Positions 1 to 10,226 of a stretch of 64,000 nt of DNA are shown here, piece by piece (within the stretch, counting starts at the first letter, position 1; every line of letters begins with the position of its first letter). Where the stretch lies: positions 14,142 through 78,141 of the forward strand of contig NZ_JBLFEN010000005.1 of the NCBI RefSeq assembly GCF_047345485.1, given 5' to 3'. The stretch is from Hyunsoonleella sp. 2307UL5-6 (GTDB lineage Bacteria; Bacteroidota; Bacteroidia; Flavobacteriales; Flavobacteriaceae). The notes beneath the pieces were generated by a model. The model was not told the DNA's origin. It made no database searches and saw only the letters and a program-made list of their open reading frames with translations. A program made the translations under genes and the position numbers.

Positions 1-1131
1 CTACTCTAAATATTTCGATACCACAATCTATCCAGTGCAATAATACATCTAAACATTCATTCCACAGTGCTTTGTAATCTTCGCTTTCCCAATATATAGG
101 TAAAATATCTTGGTATTTTTTAGGCGGATTTTCAGCATATTGTACCGTACCATCTGGTCGCCATTTAAACCATTTAGGATGTGTTTTTACCCACGGATGG
201 TCTGGTGCTGCTTGTAACGCATAATCCATAGCAATTTCCATACCCTGCACTTTGGCCTCATTTACCAAATCTTTAAAATCTTCAAGACTTCCCAATTGTG
301 GATGAATGGCTTTATGGCCACCGTGTTGCGAACCTACGCCCCATGTAGAGCCAACATCACCATCTTTAGCTTCGGTTGTATTATTTTTTCCTTTACGATT
401 TACTTCTCCGATAGGATGAATAGGGGGCAGATACACTACATCGAACCCCATGTTTTTAATACGAGGCAAAAGTGTTATACAGTCTTTAAAAGTACCGTGA
501 ACTCCTTGTTCTTTTGAAGCAGATCGTGGAAAAAACTCATACCACGTGCTAAATCTCGCTTTTTTTCTATCTACGTATACCTTGTATGCATTTGAAGTAT
601 TTTCGAGAATTTTTACGGGATTATTATAAAAAATATCATGAAGTTTGTCTGAAACTGCTTCGTTTATAGCTTCACCATACGCATCTTCATTTTTAAAAAT
701 GATTTCAAGATGTTTTAAATATGCTTTATCTTCTTTTGAAATACCTTTTTTTAGTAATTGACTAATATACTCTGCACCCTCAAGTAATTCAGAACGTACA
801 TATTGTCCATCTTCAATTTTTCTTATGGTTCCATGCTGCCAATTTAATGCATAATCTACCCAAGCTTCAACTTTATAAGTGTAAAATCCTTGTTTTTTTA
901 CTGTAAAAACGGCTTGCCATTCGTTATTAAAATCTAATGACATTCTAGTCTCAGTCCATTTTTTTTCATTGTCGTGCTTACATAAAACAGAGGCACTTAA
1001 AACATCATGTCCGTCGGATAAAATAAAAGCTCTAATATTAACAACTTCGTTTACTACTCGTTTTATATAAAATTCACCACAATTTACACTTGGCGACACA
1101 TGATCTATTACAACTCGTTTTTGGTTTTGCA
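1..1131 (-). CDS. glgE: alpha-1,4-glucan:maltose-1-phosphate maltosyltransferase (GlgE-like, GH13), N-terminal 377 aa; the 3' end runs off the window
   Basis: The reverse-strand ORF starts MQNQKRVVIDHVSPSVNCGEFYIKRV at 1131 and continues to the window edge. It contains the GlgE-typical 'STWYEFFPRS' motif and an alpha-amylase catalytic-domain start (GFDVVYLPPIHPIG). Confidence 0.7.
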
Positions 1132-1164
1132 TTTCTATTAATTATAAAAAAATAAGGTTATGTT

Positions 1165-2430
1165 TTAAATTATAGTGCCTTTAGGAATAGTTGCTCCGTT
1201 TTTAACAACAACAATACCATCTCTTACACAATACGTATCCGTTTCAGAGTCTTCTAAATGCGCACCACCTTTTATTCTAACATCATCACCAATACGACAG
1301 TTTTTATCTAGAATACAGTTTTTTATAAAACAGCGCTCTCCAATACCCATTAAATTTTCAATTTTGTTGTTTTGCATATCTTCTAGGGATTCGTAGTAAT
1401 CTGCTCCCATCATATATGTATTAATTACGGTAGATTCTTTTCCTATTCTAGAACGAATACCAATAACTGATTTTTCAATTTTTGAGGCACTAATAATACA
1501 GCCTTCTGAGACTACAGCTCTATCTAAAGCAGTTCCAGCTATTTTTGTGGTGGGTAGCATTCTAGCATGTGTGTAAATTCGCTTATCTCTATTGTATAAA
1601 TCAAATTTAGGAATATCATCAGTCAATCCTAAATTGGCTTCAAAAAAGGATTCTATAGTTCCTATATCTGTCCAATACCCTTCATACTGATAACTCAGTG
1701 TTTTGTGAGAATCAATAGATTGTGGGATAATTTCTTTTCCAAAATCAATGGTATCAGGATTTTTCATTAATTCTACCAATAACTCTCTATTAAATACATA
1801 AATACCCATAGAAGCTAGATAATTACGTCCTTGAGACTTCATTTCACTACTTACCTCAGATGTCCAATCTGGTAATAAGCTAGAATCTGGTTTTTCTACA
1901 AACGAGGTAATAATATTTTCGTCATTGGCTTTTAATATTCCAAAACCAGTAGCATCTTTGGCATTAACAGGAATAGTTGCAATAGAAATTTCAGCACCAC
2001 TTTCTTCATGTGCTTCAATCATTTTATCATAGTCCATTTGATACAATTGGTCTCCAGATAATATCAGTGCATATTCAAAATCATGTTGTAAAAAATGGTG
2101 CATACTTTGCCTTACTGCATCTGCTGTTCCTTGAAACCAAGTTTTACTTTCTGGAGTTTGTTCTGCAGCTAATACATCAACAAAGGCACTACTAAAAAAA
2201 CTAAAATGATAGGTGTTTTTAATATGTTTATTTAAACCTGCAGAATTAAATTGTGTTAATACAAAAATACGTTTGATGTCTGCATTTATACAGTTTGAAA
2301 TAGGAATATCTACCAATCTGTATTTTCCTGCTATGGATACTGCTGGCTTAGAGCGTCGGTCTGTTAAAGGATATAGTCTAGACCCTTGACCTCCACCGAG
2401 TACAATAGATAAAACTTTGTTATTAATCAT
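1165..2430 (-). CDS. glgC: glucose-1-phosphate adenylyltransferase
   Basis: 421 aa. The N-terminal LGGGQGSRLYPLT nucleotide-binding motif and the C-terminal left-handed beta-helix region are present. Confidence 0.9.
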   Translation of the reverse strand: MINNKVLSIVLGGGQGSRLYPLTDRRSKPAVSIAGKYRLVDIPISNCINADIKRIFVLTQFNSAGLNKHIKNTYHFSFFSSAFVDVLAAEQTPESKTWFQGTADAVRQSMHHFLQHDFEYALILSGDQLYQMDYDKMIEAHEESGAEISIATIPVNAKDATGFGILKANDENIITSFVEKPDSSLLPDWTSEVSSEMKSQGRNYLASMGIYVFNRELLVELMKNPDTIDFGKEIIPQSIDSHKTLSYQYEGYWTDIGTIESFFEANLGLTDDIPKFDLYNRDKRIYTHARMLPTTKIAGTALDRAVVSEGCIISASKIEKSVIGIRSRIGKESTVINTYMMGADYYESLEDMQNNKIENLMGIGERCFIKNCILDKNCRIGDDVRIKGGAHLEDSETDTYCVRDGIVVVKNGATIPKGTII

Positions 2431-2456
2431 ATTACATTAGTTATTTAGTTGAATTT

Positions 2457-3659
2457 TTATAGTAGTGATTTGTAAAGCGCTTCTGTTTGTTTAGCAATGG
2501 CTATCCAATCAAAATAATCTTCCACACGTTTTCTTCCTTTTGTAGCCATAGATGTTCTTAAAACTTTATCAGCAATTACTGTATTAACACCGTTTGCTAA
2601 ATCTCTAGAAAATTTATCAGGATCTATAGGTTCAAAAGGCGCTTCATTTTGTTGTTCTAGCGGCACCAAAACACCTGTTTCACCATCTACAACAACCTCC
2701 TTTATACCTCCTACAGCACTAGCTACAACGGCTGTATTACATGCCATGGCTTCAATATTTATAATTCCAAAAGGTTCATAAATAGAAGGGCAACAAAACA
2801 CATCAGCATGAGAATACAGTTGAATGATTTCTTCTTTAGTTACCATTTTATCAATCCAAATTACATTATCTCTTGTTTTCTGAACTTCGGTTACGGCAGC
2901 TTTCATTTCTTCACCAATTTCTTTTGTGTCTGGCGCACCAGCACAAAGTACTATTTGTGTGTCTTGGTCTATATATTTTATAGCATTTACTAAATGTATA
3001 ATACCTTTTTGCCTTGTAATTCTACCAACAAAAAGTACATAGGGTTTAGCTTTATCAATACCATATGTATCTAAAGTTGCAGTTTCTGAGGTTTGTATGT
3101 ACTGCTGAAGGTTTATACCATTATAAATTACCTTAACCTTATCCTCGTCTACATTAAAATGTTTTATAACATCCTCTTTTGTTTCTTTAGACACCGCAAT
3201 TAAAGCATCAGCCATTTCAATTGCTGTTTTTTCTACCCAAGAAGATGCATCATAACCTCTACCTAACTGTTCTCGTTTCCAAGGTCTTAAAGGCTCTAAA
3301 GAATGTGTTGTTATTACTAGAGGTGTACCATAACATAGTTTTGATATAATTCCTGCAAAATGAGCATACCAAGTGTGGCAATGTACTACATCTGCATCAA
3401 CAGCATCTGCATTCATATGCAAGCCAGTAGTTAGTGTTTTAAATACTGACTTTAATTTATCATCTGCATTTTCAAAAACACCATCTTCAAAAGGAAATCC
3501 TTTTACACTTAAACTAGCGTTTTTTGAATCTTGATCTCCAAAACATCTTACATCTAAATCCATCAATTTTGATAGCTCATCTGCTAAATATTCAACATGT
3601 ACACCAGCACCACCATAAACATAAGGCGGAAATTCTCTTGTATAAAAAAGTGCTTTCAT
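2457..3659 (-). CDS. GT4-family ADP-glucose-dependent glucosyltransferase (short glycogen synthase or GlgM-like alpha-maltose-1-phosphate synthase)
   Basis: 400 aa with a GT-B fold and an N-terminal YGGAGVHVEYL motif. It sits between glgC and glgE, which matches a GlgC-GlgM-GlgE route. Confidence 0.8.
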   Translation of the reverse strand: MKALFYTREFPPYVYGGAGVHVEYLADELSKLMDLDVRCFGDQDSKNASLSVKGFPFEDGVFENADDKLKSVFKTLTTGLHMNADAVDADVVHCHTWYAHFAGIISKLCYGTPLVITTHSLEPLRPWKREQLGRGYDASSWVEKTAIEMADALIAVSKETKEDVIKHFNVDEDKVKVIYNGINLQQYIQTSETATLDTYGIDKAKPYVLFVGRITRQKGIIHLVNAIKYIDQDTQIVLCAGAPDTKEIGEEMKAAVTEVQKTRDNVIWIDKMVTKEEIIQLYSHADVFCCPSIYEPFGIINIEAMACNTAVVASAVGGIKEVVVDGETGVLVPLEQQNEAPFEPIDPDKFSRDLANGVNTVIADKVLRTSMATKGRKRVEDYFDWIAIAKQTEALYKSLL

Positions 3660-4144
3660 ATAAAATTATCTGTCTATTTCTAATTAAAATTCACATAAAA
3701 AAAGGCATTTAAAATACGTATAACACCTTTTTTCAACATTACTTTTAAAAATTATTAATTCATTTTTAGAATATTGTAATCATTTGAGATATAACAAAGT
3801 ATCGCTTAAAAAATGCGAAATTGTTAATAACAATTTTTACGTATTTAAACCAAAACTTAAAACTAAAAGGAAAATTAAACTTAGTATTTTTAGGGCATAC
3901 AACTGTTTCTTACAAATACTGTAAAGACAGAAATGTAAATTACAAAATAAATTATTAACAATTAGAAGGCTAATTATTTTTACAGAAAAAAGAGTGTTTT
4001 TAAATTAAAAAGAAATTATTAATAAAAATTTTGATACAAAAGTTAAAAGTATTACAGATTATTAGCGGTTTATTTCAAATTGATGAATAAAATGAAAACA
4101 GATTTGATAAATGCTAAGACTTATCCAAAATATAGCCATATAAC

Positions 4145-4215
4145 GTGTAGCTATAACGTCGTTTCTTAAAGCTTTTACTGCTTCTGTAGAAATAATTTTT
4201 CGTACTCCTGCGAAG
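4145..4215. repeat. about 52-nt degenerate duplicate of the lepA 3' coding region, lying in the intergenic spacer
   Basis: gctataacgtcgtttcttaaagcttttactgcttctgtagaaataatttttcg aligns at about 85% identity to lepA 4423-4476 (gctgttacgtctttacgtaaggcttttactgtttctctagaaataatttttgc). Confidence 0.5.
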
Positions 4216-4284
4216 GCAGTAATGTTTAATATCGCTTAAATTATATACAAAACGCTATGAAATTGCAGTCTTAGTAGTATTGAA

Positions 4285-6081
4285 TTAATCATTCAACTTC
4301 AAAACCGCCATAAACGCCTGTTGAGGTATCTCTACATTACCCACTTGACGCATACGTTTTTTACCTTTTTTCTGCTTTTCAAGAAGCTTACGCTTACGCG
4401 AAATATCACCACCATAACATTTAGCTGTTACGTCTTTACGTAAGGCTTTTACTGTTTCTCTAGAAATAATTTTTGCCCCAATAGCCGCTTGAATAGGAAT
4501 ATCAAATTGCTGACGCGGAATTAACTCTTTCAACTTTTCACACATCTTTTTACCTATATACTGCGCGTTATCGGCGTGTATTAATGCCGAAAGCGCATCC
4601 ACAGATTGTGCATTTAGTAAAATATCTAAACGTACTAATTTTGATGGTTTCATCCCGATTGGATGGTAATCAAAAGAAGCGTAGCCTTTAGAAACCGTTT
4701 TTAATCTGTCATAAAAATCAAAAACAATTTCGGCTAGTGGCATTTCAAATGTTAATTCTACACGCTCAGTAGTTAAATAGGTTTGATTGATAATAAGACC
4801 TCGTTTTTCAATACAAAGTGACATCACATTACCCACAAAGTCTGATTTTGTAATAATAGTCGCTTTAATAAAAGGCTCTTCTACCCGGTTTAAGGTTGAA
4901 GGTTCTGGTAAATCAGATGGGTTATTTACAATGATGATTTCGTCTGGAGTTTTATTGGTAAACGCGTGATAGGAAACGTTAGGCACCGTAGTAATCACCG
5001 TCATATCAAACTCGCGTTCTAAACGTTCTTGGATAATTTCCATATGAAGCATCCCCAAGAATCCACAACGAAACCCAAAGCCTAACGCTGCAGAACTTTC
5101 TGGTTGAAACACTAAAGAGGCATCATTTAATTGTAACTTCTCCATAGAGGCACGAAGCTCTTCGTAATCCTCAGTATCCACGGGATAAATTCCAGCAAAA
5201 ACCATGGGTTTTACATCCTCAAAACCTTCAACAATATTAGTGGTTGGTTTTTCAAAATCGGTAATAGTATCTCCAACTTTTACTTCTTTAGCCGTTTTTA
5301 TACCTGTAATTAAATAGCCTACATCACCAGTTTTTACGCTTTGTTTTGCAACTTGGTTTAATTTTAAAGTACCAACCTCATCTGCGTAATATTCTTTATC
5401 TGTAGCAACAAATTTAATTTTTTGTCCTTTTTTAATTTCACCATTAAATACTCTAAAATAGGTTTCTATACCACGAAAGGTATTGTAAACCGAATCAAAA
5501 ATTAAAGCTTGTAATGGCGCATTTGGATCGCCTTCTGGTGCCGGCACACGTTCTATAATGGCTTTTAAAATATTATCCACACCAAAACCTGTTTTTCCAC
5601 TTGCGTGAATCACTTCTTCGGGATCACAACCTAATAAATCTACAATATCATCGGTAACCTCTTCAGGGTTGGCACTTGGTAAATCTACTTTATTCAATAC
5701 AGGAATTATTTCCAAATCGTTTTCTAAAGCTAAATATAAGTTTGAAATCGTTTGCGCTTGTATACTTTGTGCAGCATCTACAATCAACAGCGCCCCTTCA
5801 CAAGCCGCAATAGAACGGGATACTTCATAAGAGAAATCTACGTGTCCTGGTGTATCAATTAAGTTTAAAACATACTTTTCACCTTCAAACTCGTAATCCA
5901 TCTGGATGGCGTGCGACTTGATGGTAATACCACGTTCGCGCTCCAAATCCATACTATCTAACAGTTGCGCTTGTTGCTCTCTGGCGGTTACCGAACCTGT
6001 GTAATCCAACAAACGGTCTGCAAGTGTACTTTTTCCGTGATCAATATGTGCAATAATGCAAAAATTCCTGATGTTCTTCAT
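4285..6081 (-). CDS. lepA: translation elongation factor 4 (LepA)
   Basis: [25 protein letters not shown] GTPase G1 motif, DTPGHVDF G3 motif, and a 598-aa length. The six-frame ORF has a 32-codon upstream in-frame extension, judged non-coding. Confidence 0.92.
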   Translation of the reverse strand: MKNIRNFCIIAHIDHGKSTLADRLLDYTGSVTAREQQAQLLDSMDLERERGITIKSHAIQMDYEFEGEKYVLNLIDTPGHVDFSYEVSRSIAACEGALLIVDAAQSIQAQTISNLYLALENDLEIIPVLNKVDLPSANPEEVTDDIVDLLGCDPEEVIHASGKTGFGVDNILKAIIERVPAPEGDPNAPLQALIFDSVYNTFRGIETYFRVFNGEIKKGQKIKFVATDKEYYADEVGTLKLNQVAKQSVKTGDVGYLITGIKTAKEVKVGDTITDFEKPTTNIVEGFEDVKPMVFAGIYPVDTEDYEELRASMEKLQLNDASLVFQPESSAALGFGFRCGFLGMLHMEIIQERLEREFDMTVITTVPNVSYHAFTNKTPDEIIIVNNPSDLPEPSTLNRVEEPFIKATIITKSDFVGNVMSLCIEKRGLIINQTYLTTERVELTFEMPLAEIVFDFYDRLKTVSKGYASFDYHPIGMKPSKLVRLDILLNAQSVDALSALIHADNAQYIGKKMCEKLKELIPRQQFDIPIQAAIGAKIISRETVKALRKDVTAKCYGGDISRKRKLLEKQKKGKKRMRQVGNVEIPQQAFMAVLKLND

Positions 6082-6263
6082 AGTCAAAATATTGCCGTTT
6101 AAACAGCGATTGCAAAGATAGTTAAATATGTTTGTGTATGGAATAACTAAAAGCATCTTAATTCTTGCAGTTGGCACTCCAAATTTGCAGTTTACAAGAA
6201 AGTGGTTTTAAAAAGAATTTTATGGGTGTTTTTTTGTGGTAGGAATTTTTAAATTTACCACGG

Positions 6264-8126
6264 ATGAAGATAGTATCTTATTTATTAGTATTTCTGTTTT
6301 TAGGAGTTTATTGTTATGCCCAAGATATTGAGGTATTACCAGCGCAACCTTGGGAGAGGTTGGTTGAAATGAATTCAAATAAAAAAAATCCAATCCGTAA
6401 ATGGGGAGATAGTATTCATGTAGGCATCGAGGGGCTTTATAAAACTTCAGATTCTTTGTTAATATCTAAAATAGTTAAAAAACTAGATAGTATAACTAAA
6501 ACTGCAAGTATTCAGTTGACAAACATGAATAAATCTAATTTAAAAATTAAGTTTTTAGATACCTATATTAAAGATAAATATAACCCTATCAGCACTACCC
6601 ATTCAAAAAATTGGTACAACGCAAACAGAGAAATTTATAGAGCTGAACTTTACATCTACATCATAGAAAAGACAGATTTAGAAATTAAAAATGAACTAGA
6701 AAATAAAATTGCAGGAATGTTGGTTGAAGGATATCTTGTTTATCCATCTCGAATAAAGAAAAGAGAAAGTATTTTTAATCCCATCACGCCAAGTTCTTTA
6801 AAAACAGGAGCTTTAAACTCTGGAGATATGTCTATCATAAAAGAGGTCTATAAAGAGGGTTTTAAAAAACGTTTGCAGCAAGCAAATCTGCAATTTTCGT
6901 ATATTATAGATGATATAGAAAATAATAAAATTAGGATAAGAGACAGGTCGTTATGGTGGGTAAAAAATCCAATAGCCGTTATCTTTTTACCAGCTTTAAT
7001 TTTAGGCTTATTTTTTTTAATCATAACTATAAAAATAAATAATCTCATAACTTCAATCATTAAAACACCTTTTTTAAAACTCTTTATAATAGCTTTTATA
7101 AGTTTCTTTTTTTTAGGAATATTGATGATCTTCGCGATTTCATTATTTGGTTATTTAACAATTCCAAATGATTATTCTAAAGTACCTTATGTAAGAGGGG
7201 AAACTATACAATTTACATTAGTGGCAATGTTAACTTTGTTTAGCTATCTAATTTTTTTCAGATTTATGGAACTAAAAATAAGGGAATCTTCACAAAACAT
7301 CCTTTTAAAAACGGGATGGATCTTTTTATCCACAGGATTTTTACCGTTTCTACTGATTTCAGGTTTAGTCTTTATCATTTTGGCAAAGAAAGAAATTCAA
7401 AGTGATCAGGAAGATTACACTATTTTATCATATATTTTTTTAGTTGGAATGGTTGTCGCTTCATTGAGAGCCTTAATAAGTTATTTCATCTTCAAAGAAC
7501 GAAATTTAATCGTAGAAAACGAAACCAAACTCTCAAAACTAAGAGAGCTAAAATCTAAAGCAGAATTAAAATCTTTACAATCCCAAATAAACCCACATTT
7601 CCTATACAACTCTTTAAATTCTATTGCAAGTTTAGCGCCAATAGATGCTGTTAAAACCCAAAAAATGGCACATTCTTTATCCGATTTGTTTAAGTATTCC
7701 ATAAACCGAAAAGGCAAAGAAATGAGTACGGTTAAAGATGAAATAGAGATGGTAACATCGTATTTAAATATTGAAAAAATACGTTTTGGAAACCGTTTAC
7801 AGTTTAATATCAACGTTGATGAAACGCTCTTAAATCATGAAATCCCTTTATTTTTAATTCAGCCCTTAGTAGAAAACGCCGTAAAACATGGTGTGTCTCA
7901 AAATGAAGGCGAGGGTAACATTAGTTTAAATATTGAAAAAGAAGCAAATCAGTTAGTCATTTCTGTAAGCGATAATGGACCCGATTTTCCAGAAGGTTTA
8001 GTCAGCGGTCATGGCTTACAAACCGTTTATGATTTATTACGTTTAAGTTACGGCGATAAAGCCGCTATAAACTGGACGAATATCCCAGAAAAAGTAATTA
8101 GTATCACCATACCTGATACCGTTTAA
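6264..8126 (+). CDS. membrane sensor histidine kinase (LytS/YehU-type, His_kinase + HATPase_c)
   Basis: Signal peptide, a periplasmic domain and multiple TM helices. The H-box is LQSQINPHFLYNSLNSI. A C-terminal ATPase domain is present, and the gene is immediately followed by a LytTR regulator. Confidence 0.85.
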   Translation: MKIVSYLLVFLFLGVYCYAQDIEVLPAQPWERLVEMNSNKKNPIRKWGDSIHVGIEGLYKTSDSLLISKIVKKLDSITKTASIQLTNMNKSNLKIKFLDTYIKDKYNPISTTHSKNWYNANREIYRAELYIYIIEKTDLEIKNELENKIAGMLVEGYLVYPSRIKKRESIFNPITPSSLKTGALNSGDMSIIKEVYKEGFKKRLQQANLQFSYIIDDIENNKIRIRDRSLWWVKNPIAVIFLPALILGLFFLIITIKINNLITSIIKTPFLKLFIIAFISFFFLGILMIFAISLFGYLTIPNDYSKVPYVRGETIQFTLVAMLTLFSYLIFFRFMELKIRESSQNILLKTGWIFLSTGFLPFLLISGLVFIILAKKEIQSDQEDYTILSYIFLVGMVVASLRALISYFIFKERNLIVENETKLSKLRELKSKAELKSLQSQINPHFLYNSLNSIASLAPIDAVKTQKMAHSLSDLFKYSINRKGKEMSTVKDEIEMVTSYLNIEKIRFGNRLQFNINVDETLLNHEIPLFLIQPLVENAVKHGVSQNEGEGNISLNIEKEANQLVISVSDNGPDFPEGLVSGHGLQTVYDLLRLSYGDKAAINWTNIPEKVISITIPDTV

Positions 8127-8127
8127 T

Positions 8128-8889
8128 ATGACTACGACCTATACAACCATAATTATAGACGATGAAGCGCCAGCAAGATTGGGTTTAGAAAACTTGCTTA
8201 AAGCATTCCCTGAAACGTTTCAGGTTATTGATACAGCCCAAAATGTAACCGAAGCCAAAGAAAAAATAGAACGCTTAAACCCAGATATTATTTTTTTAGA
8301 TATTGAAATGCCCGCGCAAACGGGGTTTGATTTATTAGCACAATTAAAAACAATACCTATTGTGGTGTTTTGTACCGCTTATAATCAATATGCTTTAGAA
8401 GCTTTTGAAACTAATAGTATCGATTATTTAGTAAAACCTGTAAAGGTAGAGCGTCTGCAAAAAACAGTAGAAAAATTAAAAACCTTTACTAAGAGTAAAT
8501 CTTCAGAAGAAATTCTATCTATTTTAAAGGATATTTCGAATAAAAAAGCGGTTAAAAAAATGACCTCGATAACCGTAAAGAAAAACGACAAACTCATTTT
8601 TATAAAACTAGAAGACATCGCTTTTTTTGAAGCCGATAATAATTATACCACCATACACTGCGACGCTGAAAACTACCTAAGTACAGAATCTATTTCTGCT
8701 TTAGACCAAAAACTACCTGATAATTTTTTGAGGATTCACCGTGGGATCATTATTAATAAAGATTACGTAAATAATATTCAAAAATATTTTAATAGTCGAT
8801 TTATAATTTCATTGAATAACAAAAAGGAAAACCAAGTTACTTCGGGTAGAAGTTATAATGAGGTTATAAAAAAATGGATACGTGATTAG
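8128..8889 (+). CDS. LytTR-family two-component response regulator
   Basis: Receiver domain (IIDDE...D at FLDIEMP) plus a C-terminal LytTR DNA-binding domain. There is a 1-nt gap after the kinase gene. Confidence 0.9.
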   Translation: MTTTYTTIIIDDEAPARLGLENLLKAFPETFQVIDTAQNVTEAKEKIERLNPDIIFLDIEMPAQTGFDLLAQLKTIPIVVFCTAYNQYALEAFETNSIDYLVKPVKVERLQKTVEKLKTFTKSKSSEEILSILKDISNKKAVKKMTSITVKKNDKLIFIKLEDIAFFEADNNYTTIHCDAENYLSTESISALDQKLPDNFLRIHRGIIINKDYVNNIQKYFNSRFIISLNNKKENQVTSGRSYNEVIKKWIRD

Positions 8890-9006
8890 TCTCATACTAT
8901 CTTAATTGTTTGAACTTATAAAGTTTTGAGATGTATATATTATTATTTAAAGGAACTGAGTTATGCAATACTTTAAAATAAATCTCGCTTAAAAATATGA
9001 TATTCA

Positions 9007-9037
9007 AACCTCACAGGTTTTAAAAACCTATGAGGTC
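9007..9037. repeat. family-A palindromic element (degenerate copy): aacctcacaggttttaaaaacctatgaggtc
   Basis: Perfect or near-perfect inverted repeat CCTCACAGG / CCTGTGAGG around an A/T loop. It lies downstream of the LytTR gene and is followed by a T-run. Confidence 0.7.
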
Positions 9038-9091
9038 TTTTCAGTTCTTGGCTAGAACTTTATTATTTTTGACTAACAGCAGTTATATAAA

Positions 9092-9493
9092 ATGTTAAAA
9101 ACCAAACAAGACATCATCAATAAAATACACTTAATAATTTCGGTTTTAATTGTGGTGCCAGTATCTTTCGTATATGGTTTTGATCCCGATTCACAATTTG
9201 ATATTCATTTAAATACCATTGATGAGCATAACTTTTTTAAAGCCATTATGGGTTTGTATTTAGGCTTTTCTACACTTTGGGTTTTAGGAATTTTTAAAGC
9301 AAGTTACTTAAAACTTGCATTACTAAGCAACATGATTTTTATGCTAGGATTGGGTTTTGGACGCATACTTAGTTTAGCTATAGATGGTACGCCCACGTCT
9401 GGATATATATTTGGTACTATTGGCGAATTAGTGCTAGGGTTTTATGGTATTTGGATATTAAAATTAAGCCAACAAAGCACCACAAATTCCTAA
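9092..9493 (+). CDS. small integral membrane protein (DUF4345-like)
   Basis: 133 aa with four predicted TM helices and no catalytic motifs. Confidence 0.55.
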   Translation: MLKTKQDIINKIHLIISVLIVVPVSFVYGFDPDSQFDIHLNTIDEHNFFKAIMGLYLGFSTLWVLGIFKASYLKLALLSNMIFMLGLGFGRILSLAIDGTPTSGYIFGTIGELVLGFYGIWILKLSQQSTTNS

Positions 9494-9667
9494 ACTTACT
9501 ATAAGATATACTGCAGCTAAAATAAAGAAGACTTTTGCTGCTTTTTTGTTTTTCTTTAATAATAACGCTCCTATTATTGCAAGTAGGATTGCTGGCCCTA
9601 ACATAATGGCTGCAAAAAAATACACCAAACCATCTAAATTCATATTTGGATTTAAAAGCGCTGTCAT
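9464..9667 (-). CDS. tiny two-TM membrane protein (paralog of the next gene)
   Basis: 67 aa. Shares the ...IVSLGICGALLA C-terminus pattern with the adjacent 74-aa ORF (IVGLGLCGVLMY). Confidence 0.45.
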   Translation of the reverse strand: MTALLNPNMNLDGLVYFFAAIMLGPAILLAIIGALLLKKNKKAAKVFFILAAVYLIVSLGICGALLA

Positions 9668-9678
9668 AATTTTCTATT

Positions 9679-9903
9679 TTAATACATTAATACGCCACAT
9701 AAGCCCAAACCAACAATAGCGTAAACAACTGTTATAATGAGTAATATATTGGATAATTTTTTATTTTTAGAACGGACTGCAATTCCAATGATTAACAATA
9801 AAATGGGCACTCCAAAGGCTATAAAAATATATAGCAATATCAAGAAAAAATAATTATTATTTGGCCCATCAATCAATAAGTAATTCATCATCCCCATATT
9901 CAA
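9679..9903 (-). CDS. tiny two-TM membrane protein (tandem paralog)
   Basis: 74 aa. Same architecture and conserved GLxxCGxL tail as 9464-9667. Confidence 0.45.
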   Translation of the reverse strand: MNMGMMNYLLIDGPNNNYFFLILLYIFIAFGVPILLLIIGIAVRSKNKKLSNILLIITVVYAIVGLGLCGVLMY

Positions 9904-9944
9904 ATATTTAAAAATAGTACCATATAAGAAGGCTTAATTACAAA

Positions 9945-10196
9945 TTAAGCTTTATTGTATGTTTTATGTGCTATCTTCTTTTTGGCTAAAATAGCATAAA
10001 ATTTTCGTGGTGATATTTTTAAGTCTTTGGTAATATCACTTACTTTTTTCTTTCCTTTTTTATAGAGTTTTAAATTCTCGTTTACTTTTTTATTAAAAAA
10101 GTGTTTTTCTAATTTCTCAACAATTTCTAAGGCTGATAAGTTAGAATCATTTGCATACGTTTCAATAGCTGCTTTAATTTCTGCTAAATTGCTCAT
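9945..10196 (-). CDS. lysine-rich small protein, function unknown
   Basis: 83 aa and Lys-rich, ending 31 nt downstream of the radical SAM gene on the same strand. Confidence 0.45.
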   Translation of the reverse strand: MSNLAEIKAAIETYANDSNLSALEIVEKLEKHFFNKKVNENLKLYKKGKKKVSDITKDLKISPRKFYAILAKKKIAHKTYNKA

Positions 10197-10226
10197 ATTA
10201 GTTATTTTTAAAAGTCTTGAAATCTA

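Noticed and set aside
1175-2195. Short + strand ORFs (73 aa, 61 aa) inside glgC. Similar antisense ORFs inside other genes: 296-517, 2808-2993, 3524-3712, 4787-4969, 12053-12337, 14088-14462, 14989-15492, 26300-26833, 47337-47587, 48800-49564 and 52124-52870.
   Set aside because: All are embedded antisense or out-of-frame within well-supported longer genes and show no motifs.
6082-6177. A 32-codon N-terminal extension of the lepA ORF ([18 protein letters not shown]...).
   Set aside because: The LepA GTPase domain begins exactly at [19 protein letters not shown], and the extension is hydrophobic junk with no homology to LepA. The ORF is simply open upstream.
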